A stretch of 64,000 nucleotides of DNA from an uncultured Desulfospira sp. (GTDB lineage: Bacteria > Desulfobacterota > Desulfobacteria > Desulfobacterales > Desulfobacteraceae), in contig OY760175.1 in assembly GCA_963663165.1 (NCBI GenBank), positions 6,400,001 through 6,464,000 on the forward strand. Reading direction: 5' to 3'. The notes below the pieces were generated by a model. That model was not told where the DNA came from. It was given only the letters and a program-made list of their open reading frames with translations, and searched no databases. Below, one piece after another: positions 19,900-29,870 of the stretch (position 1 is the stretch's first letter; each line of letters starts with the position of its first letter). Made by a program: the position numbers and the translations under genes.

Positions 19900-21378
19900 T
19901 TAATAGATATAGCGTTCACAAATTTTCCGGTAATGATACCCGTATATGGACAAGGTCACGGCCACAGAGATCAGCCTGGGTCTTCGAACAAGGGTCCAGA
20001 GGATCAGATGCCAATAGCAGAACCGCTCTTTTCCCAGGATACCCAGCCTGAAACTCGCCCTGAAAAAAGAGAGAAACCGCTGCAAGTCCAGGGGTGCAAA
20101 CACCTCAGGGGGCGTGAGGGCCCGCAACTGGGTCCTGACCCGCCGGTAATAATTTGCCGGGGAATATATCTGCTCCATGATCCGTTGATACCCCTTTGAC
20201 AGTGCCTCCATCCCCATCCGGGGCAGAATATTGGTGGTGCCGTCCACATTATCGCCGGTAAAGGGCCTGACCACCCGACTGAGGCGCTGAAGCCTGTCAA
20301 ACAGGCGGGTTCCGGGCGGTGCCTGAAGCATCCCCACCATGGCCATGACGATCCCGCTGTGCTGTATAAAATCGATCTGGCGCTGGAAAATCGAGGGAGG
20401 GTCACTGTCAAATCCCACGATAAACCCGCCCATCACCTGCAGGCCGCTTTTGTGGATGATGGCCACACTTTCAAGCAGATCCCTGTTTTTATTCTGGACT
20501 TTATGACATTCGCTCAAGGCGGTTTCATCCGGAGACTCGATACCGATGAACACGGAGTCAAATCCGGCTTTAACCATCAAAGAGAGCAGTTCCGGATCAT
20601 CGGCAAGGTTGATGGAGGATTCTGTAAAAAAGACGCATCCTTTTTTATCCCGGCGCCATTGGATCAGGGCAGGAAGCAGACGGTTCTTCAGGAACCGGGT
20701 GTTGCCGATAAAATTATCATCCACAAAAAAGACACTGCTGCGCCAGCCAAGATCATAGATACGGTCCAGTTCCCCAATGATCTGTTCGGGTGTTTTCAGC
20801 CGGGGCCGGTGTCCGAACAGAGCGGTGACATTGCAAAAATCGCAGTTAAAGGGACAGCCCCTGGAGAACTGGATGCTCAAGGCGGCATATTGTTTTACCT
20901 TCAGCAGATGCCACAGGGGAACCGGTGTCTCACCAAGGTCACTGAACCCTTTTGCCCGATAGATCTTTTTTGCCTGCCCCTTCTTTAGATCGGATAAAAA
21001 CAGGGGCAGTGTCAGTTCTGCTTCATCCAGCACCAGGTGATCGACGGCCCCGAATTGCTCCGGTTCGGCCGTAAAAAGAGGCCCCCCGCAGACAAGAGTC
21101 ACCGGCAAGGCGTTGCACCGGTCAATAATCCGGCAGGCAGATTCGCGCTGAACCGTCATGCCGCCCATAAAGACCATGTCTGCCCATGAAAGGTCGTTGT
21201 CGCTCAAGCGCTCCACATTGGTATCCACAAGTCTTTTAGACCATTGTTGAGGCAGCAGCGCAGCCACTGTCAAAAGGCCCAAAGGGGGGAACGCGGCTTT
21301 TTTACCGATGAAACCCACCGCATGATTAAACGACCAGAAGGTGTCCGGAAATTTAGGATAAATCAGAAGTATATTCAT
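19900..21378 (-). CDS. B12-binding radical SAM protein (DUF4070-type C-terminus)
   Basis: FPPLGLLTVAA, RGCPFNCDFC, VDDNFIGN. Confidence 0.9.
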   Translation of the reverse strand: MNILLIYPKFPDTFWSFNHAVGFIGKKAAFPPLGLLTVAALLPQQWSKRLVDTNVERLSDNDLSWADMVFMGGMTVQRESACRIIDRCNALPVTLVCGGPLFTAEPEQFGAVDHLVLDEAELTLPLFLSDLKKGQAKKIYRAKGFSDLGETPVPLWHLLKVKQYAALSIQFSRGCPFNCDFCNVTALFGHRPRLKTPEQIIGELDRIYDLGWRSSVFFVDDNFIGNTRFLKNRLLPALIQWRRDKKGCVFFTESSINLADDPELLSLMVKAGFDSVFIGIESPDETALSECHKVQNKNRDLLESVAIIHKSGLQVMGGFIVGFDSDPPSIFQRQIDFIQHSGIVMAMVGMLQAPPGTRLFDRLQRLSRVVRPFTGDNVDGTTNILPRMGMEALSKGYQRIMEQIYSPANYYRRVRTQLRALTPPEVFAPLDLQRFLSFFRASFRLGILGKERFCYWHLILWTLVRRPRLISVAVTLSIYGYHYRKICERYIY

Positions 21379-21398
21379 TTGGGTATTCCTTTATGCCA

Positions 21399-21737
21399 TC
21401 AGCCTTTTTTCAGCCGGAGCGCCCGGACGGCATCCATCCCCCCGGTTCGGGACACGGTATGAATTCGAATCCGGGGCGGTTCGGATAAGAGAGTTTTTGT
21501 ACCCAGAAGCACATCGAACGGCTGGGATCGGATGTGATTGTTCATCTCGTTACGGGTTTCCCATTCTTCAAGCAGTATGAACCGGTTCTCCTCCTCAATG
21601 TCACAAAAGGCGGCGCAGCTTCTGCAGCCGGGTTCCTTTCTCAACGGTTCCATCAGGGAGAGAAGGGTTTGCAGCACTTCCAGATGTTTTTCCGGATGTA
21701 CGTTGAAGGTCATTGTGACAATCATCATTTGGATCAC
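21399..21737 (-). CDS. Antibiotic biosynthesis monooxygenase (ABM) family protein
   Basis: LRKEPGC, FILLEEWET, HIRSQPF. Confidence 0.85.
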   Translation of the reverse strand: MIQMMIVTMTFNVHPEKHLEVLQTLLSLMEPLRKEPGCRSCAAFCDIEEENRFILLEEWETRNEMNNHIRSQPFDVLLGTKTLLSEPPRIRIHTVSRTGGMDAVRALRLKKG

Positions 21738-21814
21738 CTCTTAAACTCATGCCGGCAAATTAACCGGGAACCGTTAACCCTTCTGGGCCGAGCGCCAAAA
21801 CGCTTGCCAGAAGG

Positions 21815-21913
21815 TTACTTTAGTTTTTTTTGTCTGCGTTTCTCCTTTGGTGTCAACTTGGCTTTTTTCTGCTCTTCACGCCTGCCTTTGTCTCGTTTTC
21901 CCTTGTCGCCCAT
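21815..21913 (-). CDS. 32-aa highly basic peptide (not in ORF track)
   Basis: GAGG RBS then MGDKGKRDKGRREEQKKAKLTPKEKRRQKKLK-stop; lies at the head of the gene run after the sigma-54 promoter. Confidence 0.65.
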   Translation of the reverse strand: MGDKGKRDKGRREEQKKAKLTPKEKRRQKKLK

Positions 21914-22012
21914 AAATGCCTCTTGAGATTAAAATTTCTGGTTTATTTTTCCATTGCCCGTTTTTCCGCTTTTTCTGCTTTTCCGCGGGCGGGGGTGTTG
22001 TAACCTGATAGG

Positions 22013-22027
22013 GCAATCATTGTGCCA
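22013..22027 (-). promoter_or_regulatory. Sigma-54 (-24/-12) promoter
   Basis: Minus strand TGGCAC-AATGA-TTGC, consensus match. Confidence 0.85.
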
Positions 22028-22126
22028 GGGGACGGGTCGGGGAATTTATTCTTTGATGATGCTGAATTTTAAGGGGAAACACCCAAAGGAGGGGGGGGGG
22101 TAAGGACGCCGGAGGGCCTCAAAAGC

Positions 22127-22158
22127 GGTCGTATTTGTCCAATGGGTCATATGGGACC
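22127..22158. promoter_or_regulatory. Tandem putative enhancer (UAS) sites
   Basis: GGTCGTATTTGTCC (22127) and GGTCATATGGGACC (22145), starts 18 bp apart, 100 bp upstream of the -24 box. Confidence 0.65.
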
Positions 22159-22228
22159 TTTTTAATGTCCCCTTTTGAGGATCAGGTGCATGGCTGCAAA
22201 AGGATCGGCCACAACAAAAATACGCCCA

Positions 22229-23728
22229 TTAAGAATCAAAGGGAAGGCGTTCAGGGGGAACGATGGAAAGTTTACGCATGCGGGCACGCAATGTACTGCG
22301 GTTTAAACCCAGAATCTGGGCCGCACTGTTCTTACCGCTGACTTTCCAGCGGGTCTGTTCGAGCACGCGGATGATATAATCGCGTTCAACCGCCTCCAGG
22401 GTTTTAAAGTCTTTGGTCAAATGCCTGTAGGATTTTTCCAGATCATCCGCCAGATGGAGTTTGGCGCTTGATGAATTGATCACTGCCCGTTCAAGAACAT
22501 TTTCCAGCTCCCGGACGTTTCCCGGCCAGTGATAGTTTGAAAGGGCATTCATCACGGCTTGAGGAACCACCTTGATCTGCTTTCCCAGTCTCCGGGAGAT
22601 TTTCTTTATATAAAAATCAGCCAGAAGGGGGATATCCTCATTTCTTTCCCGCAGCGGCGGCATGGTAATGGGAAAGACATTGAGCCGGTACCACAGATCT
22701 TCCCTGAAACGCCCTTTTTCAATTTCCTGCTCAAGATTCCGGTTTGTCGCGGCAATGATCCGGACATCCACCTTGGTGGTACGAGAACTGCCCAGCCGCT
22801 CGAATTCACCGTCCTGAATGACCCTGAGCAACTTTGATTGCAATTCCAGAGGCATCTCTCCGATTTCGTCCAGAAACAGGGTGGCTTTGTCAGCAATCTC
22901 AAATCGTCCTTTGTGGCTGCGGTCGGCACCGGTAAACGCGCCTCTTTCATGACCGAAAAGCTCGCTCTCTATAAGATTTGAGGGCAATGCCGCACAATTG
23001 ACTTTGACCAGTGCCCGGTTTTTCCGGCTGCTGTTGCTGTGAATTGCCCGGGCCACAAGCTCTTTACCTGTGCCAGTCTCACCGAGAACCATAACCGTTG
23101 TGTTGCTGTCTGCAATCTGCTCAACTTTGAAGAGCACATATTTAAGCCCGTCACTTTTGCCGATAATGTTCTCGTGATTATGTTCCAGCTTGATCTCGTC
23201 TTTAAGATACGCCCGTTCATCTTCAAGTTGCTTTTTCAGTACTTCAATTTCTTTTAAAGATTTCTCGGCAATTTGTTTTTCCTGTTCGGTTTTCTTTTTT
23301 TCAAGAACAAGCTGTCGGGTCCTTTTTTTTACAATATCCTCAAGATTGCGCTTGTAATGCTCTTTTTCGGTCACATCCTCAATGGCCAGCAGAATCAACT
23401 CCAGTTTTTTAAAATCGTTATAGATTCTTCTGGCATTCAGATGCATGATTTTAGGCCCGATGCCATCAAAGGAATGCTCCACTTCAAAATCATTGAACAC
23501 GGTGTTTTCAGGGAGGATCTTCTCAAGCAATTCTCTGAGTCTTGGGATATTCCACTGCCCGTTGCCAAGATCATAAATTAAAACGCCCTCTGTCTCTTCC
23601 TGTTTGGTACAAAAGGCCATGTAGAACGCATGATTTGCTTTGACAATTTTTAAATCGGCATCAAGAACCACGAGCGGCTCACGCACTGAACTGAGAATAT
23701 CAGTGAAAATGTCTAAAAAATTTTGCAT
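22229..23728 (-). CDS. PAS-domain sigma-54-dependent transcriptional activator (bEBP, Fis HTH)
   Basis: PAS (REPLVVLD...GNGQW), [42 protein letters not shown]. Confidence 0.95.
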   Translation of the reverse strand: MQNFLDIFTDILSSVREPLVVLDADLKIVKANHAFYMAFCTKQEETEGVLIYDLGNGQWNIPRLRELLEKILPENTVFNDFEVEHSFDGIGPKIMHLNARRIYNDFKKLELILLAIEDVTEKEHYKRNLEDIVKKRTRQLVLEKKKTEQEKQIAEKSLKEIEVLKKQLEDERAYLKDEIKLEHNHENIIGKSDGLKYVLFKVEQIADSNTTVMVLGETGTGKELVARAIHSNSSRKNRALVKVNCAALPSNLIESELFGHERGAFTGADRSHKGRFEIADKATLFLDEIGEMPLELQSKLLRVIQDGEFERLGSSRTTKVDVRIIAATNRNLEQEIEKGRFREDLWYRLNVFPITMPPLRERNEDIPLLADFYIKKISRRLGKQIKVVPQAVMNALSNYHWPGNVRELENVLERAVINSSSAKLHLADDLEKSYRHLTKDFKTLEAVERDYIIRVLEQTRWKVSGKNSAAQILGLNRSTLRARMRKLSIVPPERLPFDS

Positions 23729-23762
23729 ATATGAATCCTAACATGTTTAGACTGCAATACAT

Positions 23763-23791
23763 CTAATAGGATATTATTTAAATATTGTCAA
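23763..23791 (-). promoter_or_regulatory. Putative sigma-70 promoter of the activator gene
   Basis: Minus strand TTGACA-17 bp-TATTAG. Confidence 0.55.
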
Positions 23792-23856
23792 AGTCTGAGC
23801 CACTGTATTGGTTCTGATTGCTGTATGAAGTACCCAGGCGGCGAATAATGATTTAA

Positions 23857-24111
23857 GGGCACCTCGAATAATCCGGTGCTGAATTAAATTTTTGAAAAAT
23901 TATGGAATCCACGAATAAAATTCATTTCCATGCCATAAGTCTGGCTGCGAACATCTCCCACAAAAAGATAGTCAGAGGGATTGAACGACCTTGGCCGTCC
24001 ATTATCCCGTCAGACTCCATTACGGACCAATGTTTTATATCGAGTCATGTTGTAAGCCAGGCTTCGGAGGCCGATTTTCGCCTTAGCTCTCGCAAGGCCT
24101 ATTGTTCTTTG
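23857..24111 (-). mobile_element. IS5-family remnant (transposase C-terminus plus one end)
   Basis: Minus strand RTIGLARAKAKIGLRSLAYNMTRY (24010-24111); end GGGCACCTCGAATAA next to TTAA at 23853-23856. Confidence 0.75.
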
Positions 24112-24272
24112 TTATTGGTGCCCCGGATGACCTGGATCCAAAAATCTGGCAGGTCAATCTAAAAAGCTGAGGTGAGGACTACCCTTCAGTCAGACTCCTT
24201 TTTATTGTCCAGCGACAACCCCAGACTATCCCTGTAAATCATGTTGTTTAGATTCTTGCTTGTTGACTTATT

Positions 24273-24764
24273 TTAATCTGCGGGGTGCCGACCGGGTCTT
24301 TCTGGATGTTGTTGAATTTTATGGGGAAGTGAACTCTTTTTTTGCCTTTTTCTAACAGTATTCACAACACTCGAACTTCTGATGAGTTGTTCTGCAGAAT
24401 CCACAAAAAAAGCAGACCTGGAAATCCCCCTGGCTTTTGCAGCCCTGTCAATCTTGATAAGTTTATACTCAGGCACCGTGATATTTATCCTCTGGGTCTT
24501 GGGGGCTATGAAGGCAAAATCAATATCAGAAAGATACAAGAAACTATCTCTGGTATACAGATCTGAAGCTAAAAGGTCATCCATTTTAGAGGGGCTCGGG
24601 GGTTCAGATATGTCTTCTCCGTTATAATATAATTCTACCGCTTCTTGTATGTTAAGGATGGCTTCCTCCTGGGTATCACCATATGCAAAACATCCCGGAA
24701 TATCAGGTATAGTCACCCCGTAACCGGTGTCATCATCCTTATGAATAATTACCGGATATTTCAT
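24273..24764 (-). CDS. hicB: HicB family antitoxin with RHH domain
   Basis: YGVTIPDIPGCFAYGDT; QRINITVP...ISRSAF. Confidence 0.92.
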   Translation of the reverse strand: MKYPVIIHKDDDTGYGVTIPDIPGCFAYGDTQEEAILNIQEAVELYYNGEDISEPPSPSKMDDLLASDLYTRDSFLYLSDIDFAFIAPKTQRINITVPEYKLIKIDRAAKARGISRSAFFVDSAEQLIRSSSVVNTVRKRQKKSSLPHKIQQHPERPGRHPAD

Positions 24765-24765
24765 C

Positions 24766-24954
24766 TCACTTTCTCCATTTTAATCCTGCCATTCTATAAA
24801 TATTTCTGGCTGTCCCAATAGGCAGGTCTTTTTGGGGATGAGGTACAATTACAATTTTACCATTTTCATGCTTGAATTTGTGATGATCACCAGACACTTT
24901 AACCAATACGAATCCAGCATTTTTAAGTTCTTTTATGATCTGCCTACTGTTCAT
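24766..24954 (-). CDS. hicA: HicA family mRNase toxin
   Basis: GFVLVKVSGDHHKFKH...VPHPQKDLPIGT. Confidence 0.92.
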   Translation of the reverse strand: MNSRQIIKELKNAGFVLVKVSGDHHKFKHENGKIVIVPHPQKDLPIGTARNIYRMAGLKWRK

Positions 24955-25474
24955 ATTTATAAATACACACTATACACACAAAAATCAACTGGTAGGTATT
25001 GATAAAAAAAGTGTTGGGGTTGTATGCTCATTTTAAACAGGCGTGGCTGGCATTTTTGTTACCTCTTTATTCAATTTTCCAGAATTGAATAACAATTGAA
25101 TAGCGAGGACTACTATCAAGCTGTGGATCGCTTTTCAGGCGAATGGTCACCCCGGACTATCCCTGTACGTCCACACTTTTTAAATCATCAAACCAGCGAG
25201 CAATATAACGTGTATCACGGGGTCTCCGGTTCCTACCAATTCAACTTTTTTAGCAGACCACAATAATGGTATTTATGTTCGTCCAAGCCCTATGACCGCA
25301 AATGACGGTTGGTATTTATTTTGCATCTGCTGGACAAAACAGCGTTGAGATTTTTACCGTTAATTCAGTATCCCTTATCATTTTTTTGATCCCCGGGAAT
25401 ACAGGGTGATCGCATGTAACTTGTCTGCCGGTGATGCCAATTGGGGTGATAAGGATAATAATGTATATTGTTGA

Positions 25475-25553
25475 GACTTGGGATATGGGATATGGGACTT
25501 GGGGAGGCCGTGGATGCCACAATCCCCAGGTCCCATATCCCAAGTCCCAAGTC
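25475..25553. repeat. Heptamer-built inverted repeat (31-bp arms)
   Basis: GACTTGGGATATGGGATATGGGACTTGGGGA ... TCCCCAGGTCCCATATCCCAAGTCCCAAGTC, 28/31 complementary. Confidence 0.85.
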
Positions 25554-25837
25554 CAATTTTTTGAAGATTATCCTTATTTTCAATTCCGGGATAGATGGCT
25601 TTCTTTTACATGCGATTGCCCTGGGCGGAAAGCCTTTACGGATGGTGTTTTTAAATTTCAAATATCTTCGGCTATATTGAAATTTTTGCTTTCGTTCCTT
25701 CTTGTAACCCTTTTGTAACCAGGGATGTGATATGGGGTCTCCTGATATGGGGAAACATCAGTTTCACCTGCCGTGCGTCTGTGGCATGGCGGTTTAGCCT
25801 CCCCGAAAACCATAACTTATCAAGGAGATCCGCCAAC

Positions 25838-28800
25838 ATGAAATTTACACGTCGTCGTTTCTTAAAGCTCGCGGGAACAGGGGTGGCCGTACTCCCCCTC
25901 GGGCAGTTGGGAATCAACCTTTCGCCGGTGAAGACCTATGCGGCCGGCATGAAGATTGACGGGGCAAAGGAAGTGATTTCCATTTGTCCCTTCTGTGCGG
26001 TTACCTGTCATTACATTGCCCATGTGAAAGACGGGAAGATCGTCAGCACCGAAGGAGACCCGGACTATCCCGTCAGCGAGGGCTCCCTGTGTGCCAAAGG
26101 GGCGGCCCAGTTGTCCATGATCAACAGCCACCACCGGCTGACCACCCCCCTTTACCGGGCGCCTTTCAGCGATAAATGGGAGGAAAAATCATGGGACTGG
26201 ACCCTGAACCGCCTGGCCGGCAAAATCAAAGAGACCCGGGACAGGGATTTTAAACAGGTCAATGCCAAGGGGCAGACCGTCAACCGGGTGGAATCCATCT
26301 TTCATTTAGGCTGTTCCATCATGGACAATGAGGAATGTGCCGTTGTCCATCAGGCGGCAAGGGGGCTTGGCCTGGTCCACTTTGACCATCAGGCCAGGAT
26401 CTGACACAGCGCAACGGTAGCGGCTCTGGCAGAGTCGTTTGGGCGCGGCGCAATGACCAATCACTGGATTGATCTTAAAAATACGGATTGTGTGTTTATC
26501 ATGGGGAGCAATGCCGCAGAGCATCACCCCGTCAGCTTCAAGTGGATCCTTCGGGCCAAAGACAATGGCGCCAAAATCATCCATGTGGATCCCAAATTCT
26601 CACGGACATCGGCCCGCTCCGATTTCCACGTCCCCTTAAGATCAGGGACCGATCTCGCCTTCCTGGGCGGGTTCATCAATTACATCATTGAAAACAAAAA
26701 GTACTTTGCCCCCTATGTCACCGAATATACCAATGCCTCATTTATCGTCAATGACGCATTCAAATTCCAGGACGGCATGTTCTCCGGGTATAATGCAGAC
26801 AAGAGAAAGTACGACAAAAGCACCTGGACTTTTAAAACCGACAAAAACGGCGTGCCCTTAAGGGACAAGACCCTTAAAGACAAGCAGTCGGTATTCCAGC
26901 TCATGAAGGCCCATTACCAGAGATACACCATTGACAAGGTGTCGGATACCACCGGGATATCCGAAGAAAACCTGCTCAAGGTATGGCAGACCTTTGCCGA
27001 AACCGGCCAGAAGGGCAAGGCCGGGGCCATCTGCTATGCTTTGGGATGGACCCAGCACACCGTGGGGGTTCAGAACATCCGGGCCAGCGCCCTGATCCAG
27101 CTGCTGCTGGGCAACATCGGCGTTGCCGGCGGCGGCATTGAAGCCTTGAGAGGCGAGCCCAATGTCCAGGGCTCAACCGACCATTGTATCCTCTGGCATA
27201 TTCTGCCCGGCTACCTGACCATGCCCAAGGCCCCGTGGAAAACCCTGGCCGATTACAATGCGGCCTGCACCCCGGTCAGCCATGATCCAAAGAGCGCCAA
27301 CTGGTGGCAGCACAAGCCTGCCTATATCGCCAGCCTGCTCAAGGCCTGGTACGGCGACAAGGGCACCAAAGAGAACGGCTTTGGTTACGACTGGATTCCC
27401 AAGGCCGATGTCGGGGAAGATTACTCCTATATGTTTATCTTTGACCGGATGTACAACGGGCAGATCAAAGGCGGATTCATCTGGGGCACCAACCCGGCCC
27501 AGAGCGTCCCCAATTCAAACAAGGTCCGAAAGGCCATGGATAATCTGGACTGGGCCTGCTTTGCCGAGGTACACCATACCGAATCAACGGATTACTGGCA
27601 CCGGCCCGGGGTGGATCCGTCAAAGATCAAGACCGAGTGTTTCCTGCTGCCCAGCGCCAATCGTGCGGAAAAAGACGGCTCCATCACCAACTCCGGCCGG
27701 TGGCAGCTCTGGCATTACAAGGCCGTCGAACCCCAGGGACAATGCCTCTCCCTTGGGGACATGTGCGTGAAAATCACCAACACGGTCAGAGACCTTTACA
27801 AAAAGGACGGGGGCACCTATCCCGCCCCCTTGCTGAACCTTGATTTCCCTCAAACTTATGATCCGGAGCGCCTGGCCCAGAAGTGCAACGGCTGGTTTAC
27901 CAAAGACACCACCATCAAAGGAAAGCTCTATAAAAAGGGGCAGCAGGTACCCAGCTTTGTGGCCCTCAAAGATGACGGGTCAACCCTTTCCTTGAACTGG
28001 CTCTATGCCGGCGGGTATACCGAAGAAGAACCGGGCAAAAAGGTGAACAAATCCAAACGCCGGGACCTGTCCCAGACCCCGGAACAGGCCAAAATCGGTC
28101 TTTTCCCCAACTACTCATGGTGCTGGCCTGTGAACCGGAGGATCCTTTACAACCGGGCCTCGGTGGACCTGAACGGCCAGCCCTGGGCCCCGGAACGGGC
28201 CGTTATCCGCTGGGACGGCGCCAAGTGGATCGGGGATGTGCCCGACGGCGGCTGGCCGCCCCTGGCCACCGGCAAGGGCCGGTATCCCTTTATCATGCAC
28301 AAGGAAGGCCATGGCCAGCTCTTTGGCCCGGGACGTGCCGAAGGGCCGTTCCCGGAACATTACGAACCCATTGAAACTCCCATTAAGTCGCATCCTTTCT
28401 CAAACCAGCTGAACAACCCCTGCGCGGTCATCCTCAATGGAGAGATGGACAAACTGGCCGGGGCAGCAAACCCGGATTACCCCATTGTCCTGACCACCTA
28501 CAGCATGACCGAACACTGGTGCGGCGGCGGTGAAACCAGGAATACGCCGCCCCTGCTGGAGGCCGAACCCCAGCTCTACGTTGAAATGAGCCCGGAACTG
28601 GCCAGGGAAAAAGGCATTCAAAACGGAGAGCCTGTGGTGGTTGAGAGTGTCCGGGGCGCGGTGGAGGCCATTGCCATGGTCACGGTGCGCATGCGGCCTT
28701 TCAAGATCCAGGGCAAAACGGTCCATGAAGTGGGCATGCCCTTTTGTTTCGGCTGGACCACAAAGGGCGTGGGCGACTCCACCAACCGGCTGACCCCGTC

Positions 28801-28891
28801 GGCAGGTGATCCCAATACCACCATTCCCGAATACAAGGCCTGCCTGGTCAATGTCAAAAAGGCCGGCAGCCTCAAGGAACTGGCCGTATAG
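25838..28891 (+). CDS. fdnG: Formate dehydrogenase alpha subunit, selenocysteine-containing, Tat-exported
   Basis: TRRRFLK Tat signal, CPFCAVTC...C cluster motif, HQARI-TGA(26402-26404)-HSATVAAL in frame with the 26453 ORF, LRGEPNVQG. Confidence 0.95.
26405..26445 (+). promoter_or_regulatory. Bacterial SECIS hairpin
   Basis: AGCGGCTCT-GGC-AGAGTCGTT stem-loop (26419-26439) starting 15 nt after the UGA. Confidence 0.75.
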
Positions 28892-28962
28892 GACACTGTT
28901 AGAATGTGATTTCAAGCACAGGGAAAAGACATTTTCCTTGTCTCAAATTAAGGAGTATACCA

Positions 28963-29712
28963 ATGGCCAATGCTTTTTTTATAGATGTATCCAGATGCAC
29001 CGCATGCCGGGGATGCCAGGTGGCCTGCAAGGAATGGCACAATCTCCCGGCCGTTGAAACCAAACAAAAGGGAACCCATCAGAACCCGCCGGACTTAAAC
29101 CCCTTCAACTACAAGGTGGTCCGTTTCAGAGAACACCTCAGGGACAACAACCGGGAACAGGTGGTCTGGAATTTCTTCCCGGACCAGTGCCGCCACTGCA
29201 CGGAACCGCCCTGCAAATTCATTGCCGATGATTATGTAGAGGGTGCCGTGGTTCAGGATGAGGTCACGGGCACGGTGCTTTATACCCAAAAGGCGGCCCA
29301 GCTTTCCAAGGAAGCCTTCAAGGAAATGCAGGGGGCCTGCCCCTATGATATCCCGCGCAGGGACCCTGCCACCGGTGCCGTGGTCAAGTGTGACGGCTGT
29401 TACGACCGTGTGGGCAACGGGCTGCTGCCCATGTGCGTGGCCACCTGTCCTACCGGGACCATGAATTTTGGGAAACGCGAAGAGATGATTGCGCTTGCCC
29501 ATTCACGGCTGGCCAAAGTCAAAAAACAATTTCCCAAGGCCCAGCTGGTGGATGAGGACAGCGTCAATGTGATTTACCTGATCACCGATGCGCCTGAATT
29601 TTATGCCGATTATGTCATGGCCCAGGCCAAACCCGCGCCCTCATTCCTGACCCGCAAAGAGTTCTTTGCCAGTATTGCCAGACCCCTGGTAAATGCCGGC
29701 GCAAAACTCTAA
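28963..29712 (+). CDS. fdhB: Formate dehydrogenase beta (Fe-S) subunit
   Basis: CTACRGCQVAC, CRHCTEPPC, CDGC...CVATCP; AAGGAG RBS. Confidence 0.9.
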   Translation: MANAFFIDVSRCTACRGCQVACKEWHNLPAVETKQKGTHQNPPDLNPFNYKVVRFREHLRDNNREQVVWNFFPDQCRHCTEPPCKFIADDYVEGAVVQDEVTGTVLYTQKAAQLSKEAFKEMQGACPYDIPRRDPATGAVVKCDGCYDRVGNGLLPMCVATCPTGTMNFGKREEMIALAHSRLAKVKKQFPKAQLVDEDSVNVIYLITDAPEFYADYVMAQAKPAPSFLTRKEFFASIARPLVNAGAKL

Positions 29713-29749
29713 CGGGCTGGTCCGTACCGGCCACGGAGTTTGAATACAG

Positions 29750-29781
29750 GCCGCTCCACGCCCTGTGGAGCGGCGTTATTT
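29750..29781 (+). terminator. GC-rich hairpin after fdhB (terminator or mRNA stabiliser)
   Basis: GCCGCTCCAC-GCCCT-GTGGAGCGGC then GTTATTT. Confidence 0.55.
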
Positions 29782-29870
29782 AGCTTTTAGCCGTTAGCCT
29801 ATCAATTAGCCGTCAGCCCGCGGCTTATCCTTAAAAGCTAACAGCTAAAAGCCAACATCCAAGGAAAACC

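Noticed and set aside
25727..26404. 225-aa ORF as a separate gene or nonsense pseudogene
   Set aside because: The TGA is the selenocysteine codon of the FDH alpha subunit; the real start is 25838
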